Source: an uncultured bacterium
GTDB lineage: Bacteria > Verrucomicrobiota > Kiritimatiellia > RFP12 > UBA1067
Reading direction: 5' to 3'
DNA length: 55,998 bases
Assembly (NCBI GenBank): GCA_902775595.1
Contig: CACYNF010000004.1
Coordinates: 1 to 55,998 of the forward strand
In this document: piece by piece, positions 44,114 to 53,088 of the stretch
Numbering within the stretch: position 1 is the first letter of the stretch
Layout of the letters: each line of letters starts with the position of its first letter
Made by a program: the position numbers and the translations under genes
Notes under the pieces: generated by a model
Told to the model about the DNA's origin: nothing
Databases searched by the model: none
What the model saw: only the letters and a program-made list of their open reading frames with translations

Positions 44114-46227
44114 GGCGTTTTCACTTCCTTGGTCTTTGTTGCGGGCAGAGGTATGGCGACTACGGCCTTTGTTCCGTTGCCGGGCCTTGAGTCGATGGAA
44201 AGGGTGCCGTTGAGCTTTTCGAGCCGGTTTCGTATCCCCTCTATGCCGAAGTGCCCCTGGATGGGGCCTACGCAGTTCTCGGGGTCGAAGCCGCTCCCGT
44301 TGTCGCGGACGGAGAAGAGGATGCGCCCAGGTTCGATGCTTCCAGCGACCTGGACTTCCGTTGCGGCGCCGTGGCGTACGGCGTTGCCCGTAAGTTCCCG
44401 GACGATGGCGAGAATGGCGTGTGCCGTCGTGTCCTTGAGGCGGCTGCGAGGAACGTTGAAGCGCACTTTTATTGCGGCGTTGCCGTCGATCTGGTCGAGC
44501 GTCCTGCGGATGGCCGTGGAGAAGTCGGCTTCGTCCAGCGTGTCGCTTCTAAGGTCGAAGAGGCACTGCCTGAGCTCCGTGCGGCAGGAGTTGAGCATCT
44601 TGTCGGCCGTTTCGATGCAGCGTCGCGCGACTGCGGGGTTGCTGTTCAGCGTTTTGGCGCTCGCGGCCACCTGGCAGGCGACGCCGGCGAGCTCCTGGGA
44701 GAGCGAGTCGTGGAGTTCGACGGCGAGCCTTGTGCGCTCGTCTGTCTTGAATTCCGCGATTGCATGGGCGACCTGCTCGCGGTAGAGTTCGCGGCCGCGC
44801 TGGCTTACGAGCTTCTGCAGTATCCGGTTCCAGATGTATACGCCGATCAGCGCGGCGACAAGGATGGAAATCACGACAAGCAGCCTGAGCGGGGTCCACC
44901 ACGGAGGGCGGGCGATTATCCTAAGGTCTTCGGGCGAGCGGATTACGACGACCAGATTCCTTATCCGCGGGAAGATGTCGTCAGGGGTCCACTTGTCGAT
45001 TTCAAGGAGGCAGCGCCCCGTGACCTCGAGTTTTGTGCCAAGCGCTATGTCTGCGGCGGCGGCGCTGTGCTGGCCAAGGTCGACTTGAAGCTTGAACGGG
45101 CCGCAGGCGAGCAGCAGCCGTCCGGCGCCGTTTGGCGAGGGTGCGCTTTGTACGATGCCCTGGATCCGCATCAAACGCCCGTGGCTTGCCGGGTCGATCG
45201 CGTTTGGCCCGCCATTGCCGCCGAAGACGGACTTGATGTCCGTGATTGCCGATTCCCGCTGCGGCACCGTGGTGCGAGGTTCTGCGCGTACTATCGCGCG
45301 GGAAAGATTGACTCGGAAGAGGTCGGTCTCCGGATATCCGGCGGCAGTCACCGTGTCTCCCGGCTGCGGGGTGGACTGACCATGGGCGAGAGTTGCGTTG
45401 ACGATGCGGCCGTCCGATGTCCGCACCATGAGATGGTTCCCGCCCCAGACGGCGAGGACTTCGCCGGAGACTGTCCGCTTGCCGCGCTTTGCGATTTCCC
45501 GCGGAGTCCTGTAGAGGGCCTTTTCGAGCGGTGGAGCGGCGAAGGGGTCATCAAGGGCGGGAACGACGACAGTGACATGCGAACGGTCGTCGACGTAGAT
45601 GAAGGGGCCTGAGAACTTTCGGCTGCCGCTGACGGTGCGCAGGAAGCGCCCGGCGATCCGTACTCTTGCATCGCGCAGTGACTCGAGGCCTGGATCGGTG
45701 CCGGGATCCACATGCAGCGCCACCGGCAGGACGTCTTCCTCGTCCTTTAGGATGAGAAACTGGTTATGGGAGTCTATTTCGTCGGGGAAGGTGTCAATCA
45801 CAGTGCCTTCGGTAATGACTGTGTGCAGATGGTGCTTCTCGTCGCTGATGTCCCGAAGTGGTATTTCCACGCTCGGCGACACGGATTCCATTCCGACATG
45901 CGATATGTCCTGCGCGGCGATGTATATCTCCTGGTGTGCGGACATATGGGCCCGGCCGGTCACGGCGATTTTCTCGCCGGGAACGGGGCGGTATGAAGAG
46001 GCGTTGGAAATCTCAATCCAGCCGTTCGTGTCGCTTAGGATGATATAGTTGTCGAGAGATGCGTTGAGCGCCTGAACGGTGCCTGTGATGCAGAACGGCG
46101 CATAGCGGTGGCTCGGATCGTCGGCGAAGTCGTTTAGCTCGGCGATGCTGTGCAACATCGAGCAGTCCGGAGTCGCCGTGGCGGCGATTCCAAGCAGGAA
46201 TGCACAGGAAATGGAGGAGGCGAGCAT
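44110..46227 (-). CDS. NarX/UhpB-type sensor histidine kinase with large extracytoplasmic region
   Basis: ERTRLAVELHDSLSQ, NAVRHG, DNGSGF, HFGIEG; TM after PPWWTP; start placed at MLASSIS after TGGTATACT. Confidence 0.9.
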   Translation of the reverse strand: MLASSISCAFLLGIAATATPDCSMLHSIAELNDFADDPSHRYAPFCITGTVQALNASLDNYIILSDTNGWIEISNASSYRPVPGEKIAVTGRAHMSAHQEIYIAAQDISHVGMESVSPSVEIPLRDISDEKHHLHTVITEGTVIDTFPDEIDSHNQFLILKDEEDVLPVALHVDPGTDPGLESLRDARVRIAGRFLRTVSGSRKFSGPFIYVDDRSHVTVVVPALDDPFAAPPLEKALYRTPREIAKRGKRTVSGEVLAVWGGNHLMVRTSDGRIVNATLAHGQSTPQPGDTVTAAGYPETDLFRVNLSRAIVRAEPRTTVPQRESAITDIKSVFGGNGGPNAIDPASHGRLMRIQGIVQSAPSPNGAGRLLLACGPFKLQVDLGQHSAAAADIALGTKLEVTGRCLLEIDKWTPDDIFPRIRNLVVVIRSPEDLRIIARPPWWTPLRLLVVISILVAALIGVYIWNRILQKLVSQRGRELYREQVAHAIAEFKTDERTRLAVELHDSLSQELAGVACQVAASAKTLNSNPAVARRCIETADKMLNSCRTELRQCLFDLRSDTLDEADFSTAIRRTLDQIDGNAAIKVRFNVPRSRLKDTTAHAILAIVRELTGNAVRHGAATEVQVAGSIEPGRILFSVRDNGSGFDPENCVGPIQGHFGIEGIRNRLEKLNGTLSIDSRPGNGTKAVVAIPLPATKTKEVKTP

Positions 46228-46286
46228 TTGGCGAAAGTATACCACAGTTAACGCATCTTTCGCAATGCGATATTTGCGTTTCTTCT

Positions 46287-46353
46287 GTATACATTCGTAT
46301 ACATGGCAGTATACCGCTGTATAATTGCTTGGCGAGACGTCATTTCCTATAAT
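46287..46353 (+). promoter_or_regulatory. Operator (GTATAC x3) plus -35/-10 promoter upstream of the 46400 gene
   Basis: gtatacattcgtatacatggcagtatacc; TTGCTT-N17-TATAAT; 26/29 identical to 47525-47553. Confidence 0.75.
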
Positions 46354-46399
46354 AATACTGCTATATTGCACAAGCAATACGCTGAAAGGGAGAACATCA

Positions 46400-47524
46400 A
46401 TGACAAAGTTCTTTTTATCCTCGTTGCTGTCTGCAGCCGCGGTCGTGTCCGCATTTGGCGGTTTCACGAAGTCGATCACTTTCACGACTTCGGGCTATCA
46501 AGGTTCTGGGCCGTTGGTCAGCTTTCCTGTTCTTGTGAAGCTCCCCGGGTCTATTCATGGTTTCGACTACGCGGATTTCGGCGGCACGACGAATCTTGTC
46601 TTCAGGGATTCCGCGGGCAATGCGATTCCGTACGAAGTCGACACCTGGAACACCACGGGGACCTCGCTCGTATGGGTCCGAGTTCCCTCGGTCACGAAAA
46701 CGACGGTGTTCCATATGCACTACTGCGGATCGGGTGATACGGTCAACAACCCTACCGCAACCTGGACGGGTGCGAACTACGTCGGCGTCTGGCATATGGA
46801 CGAAACCAGTGGCACGGTTGCCGACGCGACGGGCCATGGGCTTACAGCAACGCCGATGGGTGATGCGAGCGTGAGCGCCCGCTACTCGGGAACGGACGCG
46901 CCTATTGGCCATGCCCGGCAGACCGGAACAGCTTCTGCCAAGGGATATCTCACGATTGCAGACAATAACCTACTCGATGTAGGTGATACGTTCACAATGT
47001 CCGGCTGGGTGTATTTCACCGACATTCAGAGCGGCAAGGCAGAGAGAATCTTTTCACGCAAGGGCGCGTACGGCGATCAAAATGGCTGGGAAATCGAGAT
47101 GAATGCCGGCAGCGACAATGCTTTCTCGGCGCGCGGCTCTCACAAGGACAACGGAAAATCGGGAGGTGGCGCTGCCGGGTGCACGGGTAATTTCAGTCCG
47201 TCGCTGAAGAACAAGTGGACGCATGTGGCGCTTGTCTACAACGGGACGCAGCTTACGGTGTGCAGCAATGGTTATGAAATTGCTACGGGAACAATTTCTG
47301 CGGTCCAAGACAACGACAATAATCTCTCAATAGGATGCAATGCGACAGGAACTGAAGCTGGATACTTTCATGGTTATTTTGACGAATGCCGGCTTCTGGA
47401 CGCGGTTGCGTCGGAGGACTGGATTGCCGCGGAGTACGCGACTGTCGCGAGCGCTACGTTTGTGACGGCGGGCGACGTTGAGGAAATCGGCGGCAAGTCC
47501 GGTGCTGTGATTTTCGTGCGGTGA
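46400..47524 (+). CDS. Secreted DUF2341 + LamG/ConA-like domain protein
   Basis: Signal peptide; FPVLV..FDY..L.F...IPYEVDTW...VWV; VWHM, WTHVALVY, GYFDE.R. Confidence 0.8.
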   Translation: MTKFFLSSLLSAAAVVSAFGGFTKSITFTTSGYQGSGPLVSFPVLVKLPGSIHGFDYADFGGTTNLVFRDSAGNAIPYEVDTWNTTGTSLVWVRVPSVTKTTVFHMHYCGSGDTVNNPTATWTGANYVGVWHMDETSGTVADATGHGLTATPMGDASVSARYSGTDAPIGHARQTGTASAKGYLTIADNNLLDVGDTFTMSGWVYFTDIQSGKAERIFSRKGAYGDQNGWEIEMNAGSDNAFSARGSHKDNGKSGGGAAGCTGNFSPSLKNKWTHVALVYNGTQLTVCSNGYEIATGTISAVQDNDNNLSIGCNATGTEAGYFHGYFDECRLLDAVASEDWIAAEYATVASATFVTAGDVEEIGGKSGAVIFVR

Positions 47525-47591
47525 GTATACCTTCGTATACGTGGGAGTATACCTCGGAATAATTGTTCGACATCTGCGCATCTGCTATACT
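47525..47591 (+). promoter_or_regulatory. Second copy of the GTATAC operator plus promoter, upstream of the 47623 gene
   Basis: gtataccttcgtatacgtgggagtatacc; TTGTTC-N17-TATACT at the same spacing as copy 1. Confidence 0.75.
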
Positions 47592-47622
47592 TTCGGCGTC
47601 ACCACAAAAAAGGGAGATGCAA

Positions 47623-50600
47623 ATGAAAAAACTCGTTTCTGCCGTACTGCTGACTTCGGGGTTTCTGGCCTTCGGAGACGATGTCGCGACGCTTGAGGCC
47701 GGGCTCAAGTCGGACATCATGACGATAGTCAACCAGGTGAACCCGATCGATTCTGCGACCGGCAAGCGCAAGTACATCTCGTTTGCATTCATCACTGACT
47801 TCCACAAGTGCAGGCGCGTGGAAGGGGATGATGCCGCGGCGAATCCGGTAAAGACGTATTGGTATGGGTCGGCCGGCGTGCTTACCGAGTCGGAGCAGTC
47901 GATTCGCCTGCTGGGTTCGCTCGCAACGGACGCCGGGCTTGACGCCGTCATTGCCGGCGGAGACTTCGCGACCGCGCCGATCATCGGCGACGGAACAAAG
48001 GTGGGACTGACGGAAGAAGAATATACAAACGAAATCTGGAACGTGAAGGCGATGTTCAACCAGCATGTTCCCTCGACGATCCCGCTCTTTGCGATAGACG
48101 GCAACCACGAGCGCAGCTATTCGCTCAACGGCGCCGACATGCACATGTCGGACGATGCGTGGGCGTACGTGCTCACCAACTTCAATACGTCCGCGTCCGT
48201 CGCGCAGGCGCACAACGTCGACGTAACCTACCATCGCGATCTCGCCGCCGCGAAGCTCGGCGACAACGCGACCGGCGCCTACACGGGCAACTCCTACCAC
48301 ATCGACCTTCGCCGCCTTGTCGCATCGGGCGGAAACAACGTGCGCATCGCGTGCGTGAGCATGTACGACGGCGCCGCCGGAGCGAATCCCGCGTACCGCG
48401 CCTACGACGCCGCGCAGTTCTACGACGCGTCCGGAAACCTGTACGACGCGGCGCTCACCCCGGAAAACACGGTCATCGGCATGGTCGCGCACGGGACGGA
48501 AGAGAAGCTCGGCGGGACGATGGCCCGCGCCGCCGCGGGAACGCTCATGAACGGCTTTATGAACGGCTACACGAACCCGAAGGCTCACGCCGGCCCCTGG
48601 AATCTCGGCGTGCAGGGCAGGGCGTTCTTCGGACTCGTCGCCGGACATCTTCACTTCACGAACACGAAGGAGATCACGGATCCGTACGACAACCTCGTGA
48701 ACGGGGACAACACGACCTACGCCTCCGCAGTCTCCGTCGCGAGCGCCTATGGCGTCAATTACCCGGCCAAGCCGAACCAGCACGAGCTCGGGACGGAGGC
48801 CGCCTATCACTTCAGCATCTTTGTCGTCGACACGGACAGCAACAAGCTCCGTGAAATCCGCCTCGGTGGATGGTCGACGAATCCGGTGACAAAGGAGGCT
48901 CCCGTCGTGCAGCTCCACGACTTCAACCTCCGCACGCATCTCGCCCCGTCGGTCCAGACGCCGCCTGTCCTCGGCACGGTCAATGTTACGCCGGCGGTAA
49001 CTAACGCGACGATCTCCGGCGCGATCTCTTCGCTTGGCTCCGGCGCGACCGCGTGCGACGTCTATCTCGCGCTCGGTGCGAGCGCGAACACGCTCGGCGC
49101 GGCGACGAAGATCGCCGAGGGCGCGACGGCGTCGTTCAGCTATGTTGTCTCCAATTTGACCGCAGCGACGACATACTACTACTCGCTTTCGATCTCCAAC
49201 AACGCCGAGACCGTGATGGGGGCGGTGAAAAGCGGAAATTTTACGACCGGGGCCGAGCCTGTTGACCCGGGTCCCGGTCCCGGCCCTGGACCTACTCCCG
49301 AACCTGGCGAGGCGATTCAGCCTGGCGAGACGGCTGCCGAGACGCGCCAGACGATACAGGACGCGATCGACGCCGCAGTTCCGACGCAGGGAACCGTCAC
49401 GCTTGGCAATGGCCTTTTCGACATCGACGCGCAGCTGATGGTCACTGGCGGCGTCACGCTCGTCGGCCAGGGATGGGAGAGCACGACGATTCGTTTTGCG
49501 GGCACGAAGGCGGGATCCGAGAATCGCGTCGCGAACATTGACGGTGGCAGTATTCTTGCTCACGTCACCCTGACCGGCGGCAAGGTCGACAACAATGAAA
49601 AGTCCGGCGGCGGTGCGTATCTTACCGACGGCACGATCTCCTGGTGCTGCATCACGAACAACTACGCGAAGCGCAGTTATGGCGGCGGCGGCGTCTTCAT
49701 CAGCGGTACGGGCACAGCGAAGATCGACCACACAATCATTGCGGATAACTCGGCGGCCACGGCCTTTCTCAACGGCATTGGTGGCGGCATCGGCATCCGC
49801 GGAAGGTCGGGTCTCCGCGTCGAAATCGATGCCTGCCTCGTCTACGGAAACACGGCAGGCGCGTCTGATCGCACGAGCCACGGCGGCGGCATCGCCGTCA
49901 CGGGCGTGGCGGCGCAGGACAGCTTCACGACGGTCATACGCAACACGACGATTGCAAACAACAGCGTTGTCGGCGCGGGGCTTGGCGGAGGGCTCTATAT
50001 CGACCAGGCCGACACGACGCTGATCAACTGCATCGTCTCCGGCAACACGGCGGAAGCTGCCGCGACGGCCGGCGATGCGGATGTCGCGTACAAGGACGCA
50101 ACAGTCGCCTCCGCGGTCGGGACCAAGACTGTGACTTGCCTCTTCGGCGGAACGCTGCTCTTCGTGGACACCGCGAACAGCGACTACCATCTCGCCGCGA
50201 CTTCGCCTGCGATCGAGGCGGGCACGGACTACGCCGGTCTTGAAAAAGACCTCGACGGCAAGTACTTCTCCTACCTGAAGCCGGCGATTGGATGCTACGA
50301 GTACGGCGAATACGGTCCGCGTCCCGAAGACGAGTGGGACATTCCGGGCACTGACGGCGGCATTAAGGGTCTCGACGATGGTCATGGCGGGAAGATCATA
50401 ACGTTCACGGCGATTGCGCGTGACGGCGAGACGGTTGCGGTCGGGTTCCAGGCTGCGGAAATCGGCGCGAACGTCGGCGCGTCCTTCGGTCTCGTCTGCA
50501 AGGACAATCTCGAAGACACGGAGACGTTCACGCTCAACGCGACCCTCACGGACATCGAGGGTGTGCTCGGTGAGCTCCAAGCCACCACATCTAAGTCGCA

Positions 50601-50634
50601 GCTCTTCATCGTCGGCATCGGTGCGGCGGAATGA
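47623..50634 (+). CDS. Large secreted modular protein: metallophosphoesterase + Fn3-like + PG linker + right-handed beta-helix
   Basis: TDFH, GGD, GNHE, GHLH; LTAATTYYY; PGPGPGP; repeated GGG/IxxN motifs; DYHLAATSPAI. Confidence 0.8.
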   Translation: MKKLVSAVLLTSGFLAFGDDVATLEAGLKSDIMTIVNQVNPIDSATGKRKYISFAFITDFHKCRRVEGDDAAANPVKTYWYGSAGVLTESEQSIRLLGSLATDAGLDAVIAGGDFATAPIIGDGTKVGLTEEEYTNEIWNVKAMFNQHVPSTIPLFAIDGNHERSYSLNGADMHMSDDAWAYVLTNFNTSASVAQAHNVDVTYHRDLAAAKLGDNATGAYTGNSYHIDLRRLVASGGNNVRIACVSMYDGAAGANPAYRAYDAAQFYDASGNLYDAALTPENTVIGMVAHGTEEKLGGTMARAAAGTLMNGFMNGYTNPKAHAGPWNLGVQGRAFFGLVAGHLHFTNTKEITDPYDNLVNGDNTTYASAVSVASAYGVNYPAKPNQHELGTEAAYHFSIFVVDTDSNKLREIRLGGWSTNPVTKEAPVVQLHDFNLRTHLAPSVQTPPVLGTVNVTPAVTNATISGAISSLGSGATACDVYLALGASANTLGAATKIAEGATASFSYVVSNLTAATTYYYSLSISNNAETVMGAVKSGNFTTGAEPVDPGPGPGPGPTPEPGEAIQPGETAAETRQTIQDAIDAAVPTQGTVTLGNGLFDIDAQLMVTGGVTLVGQGWESTTIRFAGTKAGSENRVANIDGGSILAHVTLTGGKVDNNEKSGGGAYLTDGTISWCCITNNYAKRSYGGGGVFISGTGTAKIDHTIIADNSAATAFLNGIGGGIGIRGRSGLRVEIDACLVYGNTAGASDRTSHGGGIAVTGVAAQDSFTTVIRNTTIANNSVVGAGLGGGLYIDQADTTLINCIVSGNTAEAAATAGDADVAYKDATVASAVGTKTVTCLFGGTLLFVDTANSDYHLAATSPAIEAGTDYAGLEKDLDGKYFSYLKPAIGCYEYGEYGPRPEDEWDIPGTDGGIKGLDDGHGGKIITFTAIARDGETVAVGFQAAEIGANVGASFGLVCKDNLEDTETFTLNATLTDIEGVLGELQATTSKSQLFIVGIGAAE

Positions 50635-51746
50635 CATCAGTGAAGACGCTTCTTGTCATCGTCCTGGCTGCGGCCTGCAGCGCTGTGTCTGCCGTGGAGC
50701 TGATGCTCCCGGCGGAAGGCGCTACGGTGCCGCTTCTTAGCGACGGGCAGAAGGCGTTCTTCGACTCGTCCGACGAGGAACGTCTTGCGAAGGCGGGTGA
50801 TGCCGCGTACAGGGCGGATCTACTGGCGCTCGGGTGGTATCCGCAGCCGGTCGTGTTCGTCTGGTCTGGTATAAATTCCCGCAAGGAGCGTCTTCGTTTC
50901 CGCATTTGGCGCGAGGATGATGACGTGTGCGTTTGCGACACGAACTTTGTCTATCTCACGACCGGGCGGTTTGAGTGGGACAACTTTAGGGTTGGTTGCC
51001 GCTATCGTTGGTCTGTCGATGTTGCTGGGAAGGGCTCGGCTACAGGTTCGTTTTTCACCGAGGACCGACCGCCGCGCCTTATACGCATCCCTGGCGTTCC
51101 GAACGTGCGCGACCTTGGCGGCTGGCGTACTGCCGACGGACGGCGTGTGAAGCAGGGACTCCTCTACCGCTCGGCGAACCTTTGCGAGAACGCATCGGAG
51201 TGCCCCGGCGAACTGCCCCGCATGCGTCTTGACGATTCGGGCGTCAACTTCATGACAAATGCGCTCGGCATCTGCACGGAGCTTGATTTGCGTGGGCCAA
51301 AGGAATGCGAAGGGCTCGCGGGCTCGCCGCTTGGGCAGTCTGTGCACCGCATGGAAATCTCGTCAGGCTGCTATTCCCAGATGGACGAACCATGGGCGAA
51401 GGAGGCGTGCCGGAAGGCGCTTGAGCTTGTGAGCGACGAGAAGAATCTGCCGCTTCTCTGCCACTGTTCGAGCGGACAGGACAGGACGGGGACGCTTGCG
51501 TTCTTGATAAACGGACTTATCGGCGTATCTCCCGAGGACCTTGTGCGCGACTGGGAGGCGTCTGCCCTGTGGAAGGACGAGCACGACTGGTTCAACCGCA
51601 ACAACACATACGCCGCGCTCCTCTCCGTTATTGGCAAGTATCCGGGTGAGACGTTGAACGAGCGAATCGAATCCTATGTGAAGTCCACGGGTTTTTCCGA
51701 GAAAGATATTGCGCGTCTCCGCCAGCTGATGCTCGAGAGCGACTGA
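50631..51746 (+). CDS. Secreted protein-tyrosine-phosphatase-like (PtpB/IphP type)
   Basis: NVRDLGG, LYRS, DLR, HCSSGQDRTG. Confidence 0.88.
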   Translation: MTSVKTLLVIVLAAACSAVSAVELMLPAEGATVPLLSDGQKAFFDSSDEERLAKAGDAAYRADLLALGWYPQPVVFVWSGINSRKERLRFRIWREDDDVCVCDTNFVYLTTGRFEWDNFRVGCRYRWSVDVAGKGSATGSFFTEDRPPRLIRIPGVPNVRDLGGWRTADGRRVKQGLLYRSANLCENASECPGELPRMRLDDSGVNFMTNALGICTELDLRGPKECEGLAGSPLGQSVHRMEISSGCYSQMDEPWAKEACRKALELVSDEKNLPLLCHCSSGQDRTGTLAFLINGLIGVSPEDLVRDWEASALWKDEHDWFNRNNTYAALLSVIGKYPGETLNERIESYVKSTGFSEKDIARLRQLMLESD

Positions 51747-51797
51747 CCGGGAATGTTGCTGGCTATGTGCGGAGATATCATGCGGAGCCTGCGTGGC

Positions 51798-52961
51798 TCA
51801 CGGGGGCGCACGGAAAACGGACGGACTATATCCGAACGCGGCCTTGAAACGGGTGTTCATGTGGCTCGCGCAGCAGAAGCCGCATTTTTCGGCGACTTCG
51901 GACAGCGGCAGGGACGTGTTCGAGACAAGCCGCACAGCCTCGTTTAGCCGTATGCGGATTATCTCGTTCTTCAGCGTGTTGCCAAGCACAAGGTTCGCCT
52001 TCATTTCGAGGGAACGCTTCGATATGCGCAGTTCCTTCGCAATGTCGTCGATGGTGCGGGCCACCGAGAGGTCTTTTCGCACTATGTCGAGCGCCTTGGC
52101 TAAATATGCGTCTGGCACCACGGTCTTGTCGGTAGATTGCCTTGTAACGATTCGCGGGAACGCAAGGTCGACAAGCGGTTCGGCCTTGCGTCCGTTCATG
52201 TGCGCGTCAAGCAACTTTGCGCAGAGGATTCCGGCGTTACGTCCGTCCAGCGCAATTGATGAAAGCGATGGAGTCGACGATTCGCAAAGCACTTCGTCGT
52301 TGTCTGTGCCGAGGACGGACAGCGATTCCGGAACTGCGATGTCAAGTTCGGAGCAGAGGCTCAGAATCTGGAGTGCGCGTCTGTCCCACGCGGCGTAAAG
52401 GGCTGTCTGCGGTTTCAGCGAGCGCAGCCATTCGGCCAGATGGGCGGACTCCCTGTCAAAGTCTTCGCGCTCGCCCTTTGGAGCCCCGGGGAACGCGTTG
52501 CACTCAAGGCCCGCTGCGGCGAGTCGATTCCTCATTCCCTTTAGGCGACGCTCGCACCAGGCCGACGGCTCGGGTGTCCCGACAAAAGCAAAGCTGCGGA
52601 AGCCCCTGTCTAGAAAATATTCCGCAGCGGATTTTCCGACATCCTCCTGTACGCGAGCTATGAAAGTCGTGCGTTTCGGAGGTTTTGACGCCGCGCCGCA
52701 GGGTGGCGTCGGCGGATTGATCAGGACGGCAGGCGTTTTCGTCGCCAGGATGCGGTTCATCTGCCGGCGCTCGCGAACAAGCGCTATGACGCCGCTGCAA
52801 CCCCAGCGGCGAAGTTTGGCAAGGCCTTGCTCATAGCGGCTCCCGGTCTCGAAGTGGAACTGCCACGGTCCGTGCGCGTGCCCATATGCGAGCACGCCTT
52901 CAAGTATCTGCCGGTGCAGGAACTTGTCGGACGGCAATATGATCAGGACCTTCGCCTTCAT
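51798..52961 (-). CDS. XylR-like regulator (ligand-binding domain + AraC HTH)
   Basis: AAEYFLDRG, VPESLSVLGTDND, LSSI, VAEKCGF...F....GYSP..FR. Confidence 0.9.
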   Translation of the reverse strand: MKAKVLIILPSDKFLHRQILEGVLAYGHAHGPWQFHFETGSRYEQGLAKLRRWGCSGVIALVRERRQMNRILATKTPAVLINPPTPPCGAASKPPKRTTFIARVQEDVGKSAAEYFLDRGFRSFAFVGTPEPSAWCERRLKGMRNRLAAAGLECNAFPGAPKGEREDFDRESAHLAEWLRSLKPQTALYAAWDRRALQILSLCSELDIAVPESLSVLGTDNDEVLCESSTPSLSSIALDGRNAGILCAKLLDAHMNGRKAEPLVDLAFPRIVTRQSTDKTVVPDAYLAKALDIVRKDLSVARTIDDIAKELRISKRSLEMKANLVLGNTLKNEIIRIRLNEAVRLVSNTSLPLSEVAEKCGFCCASHMNTRFKAAFGYSPSVFRAPP

Positions 52962-53088
52962 GCGGGGATTATACCATAAATATATCCGCGGCGCATGAGG
53001 CGCGTTTCGCATTTGTTTATATTCTTTTTCGCGTTTATTTGTTGCCGCGGCCGAGTGCGTTTTGTAAAATGTCCGCGTGAAGGTGAAC

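Noticed and set aside
47599-50637. 1012-aa minus-strand ORF
   Set aside because: Antisense mirror of the secreted modular protein.
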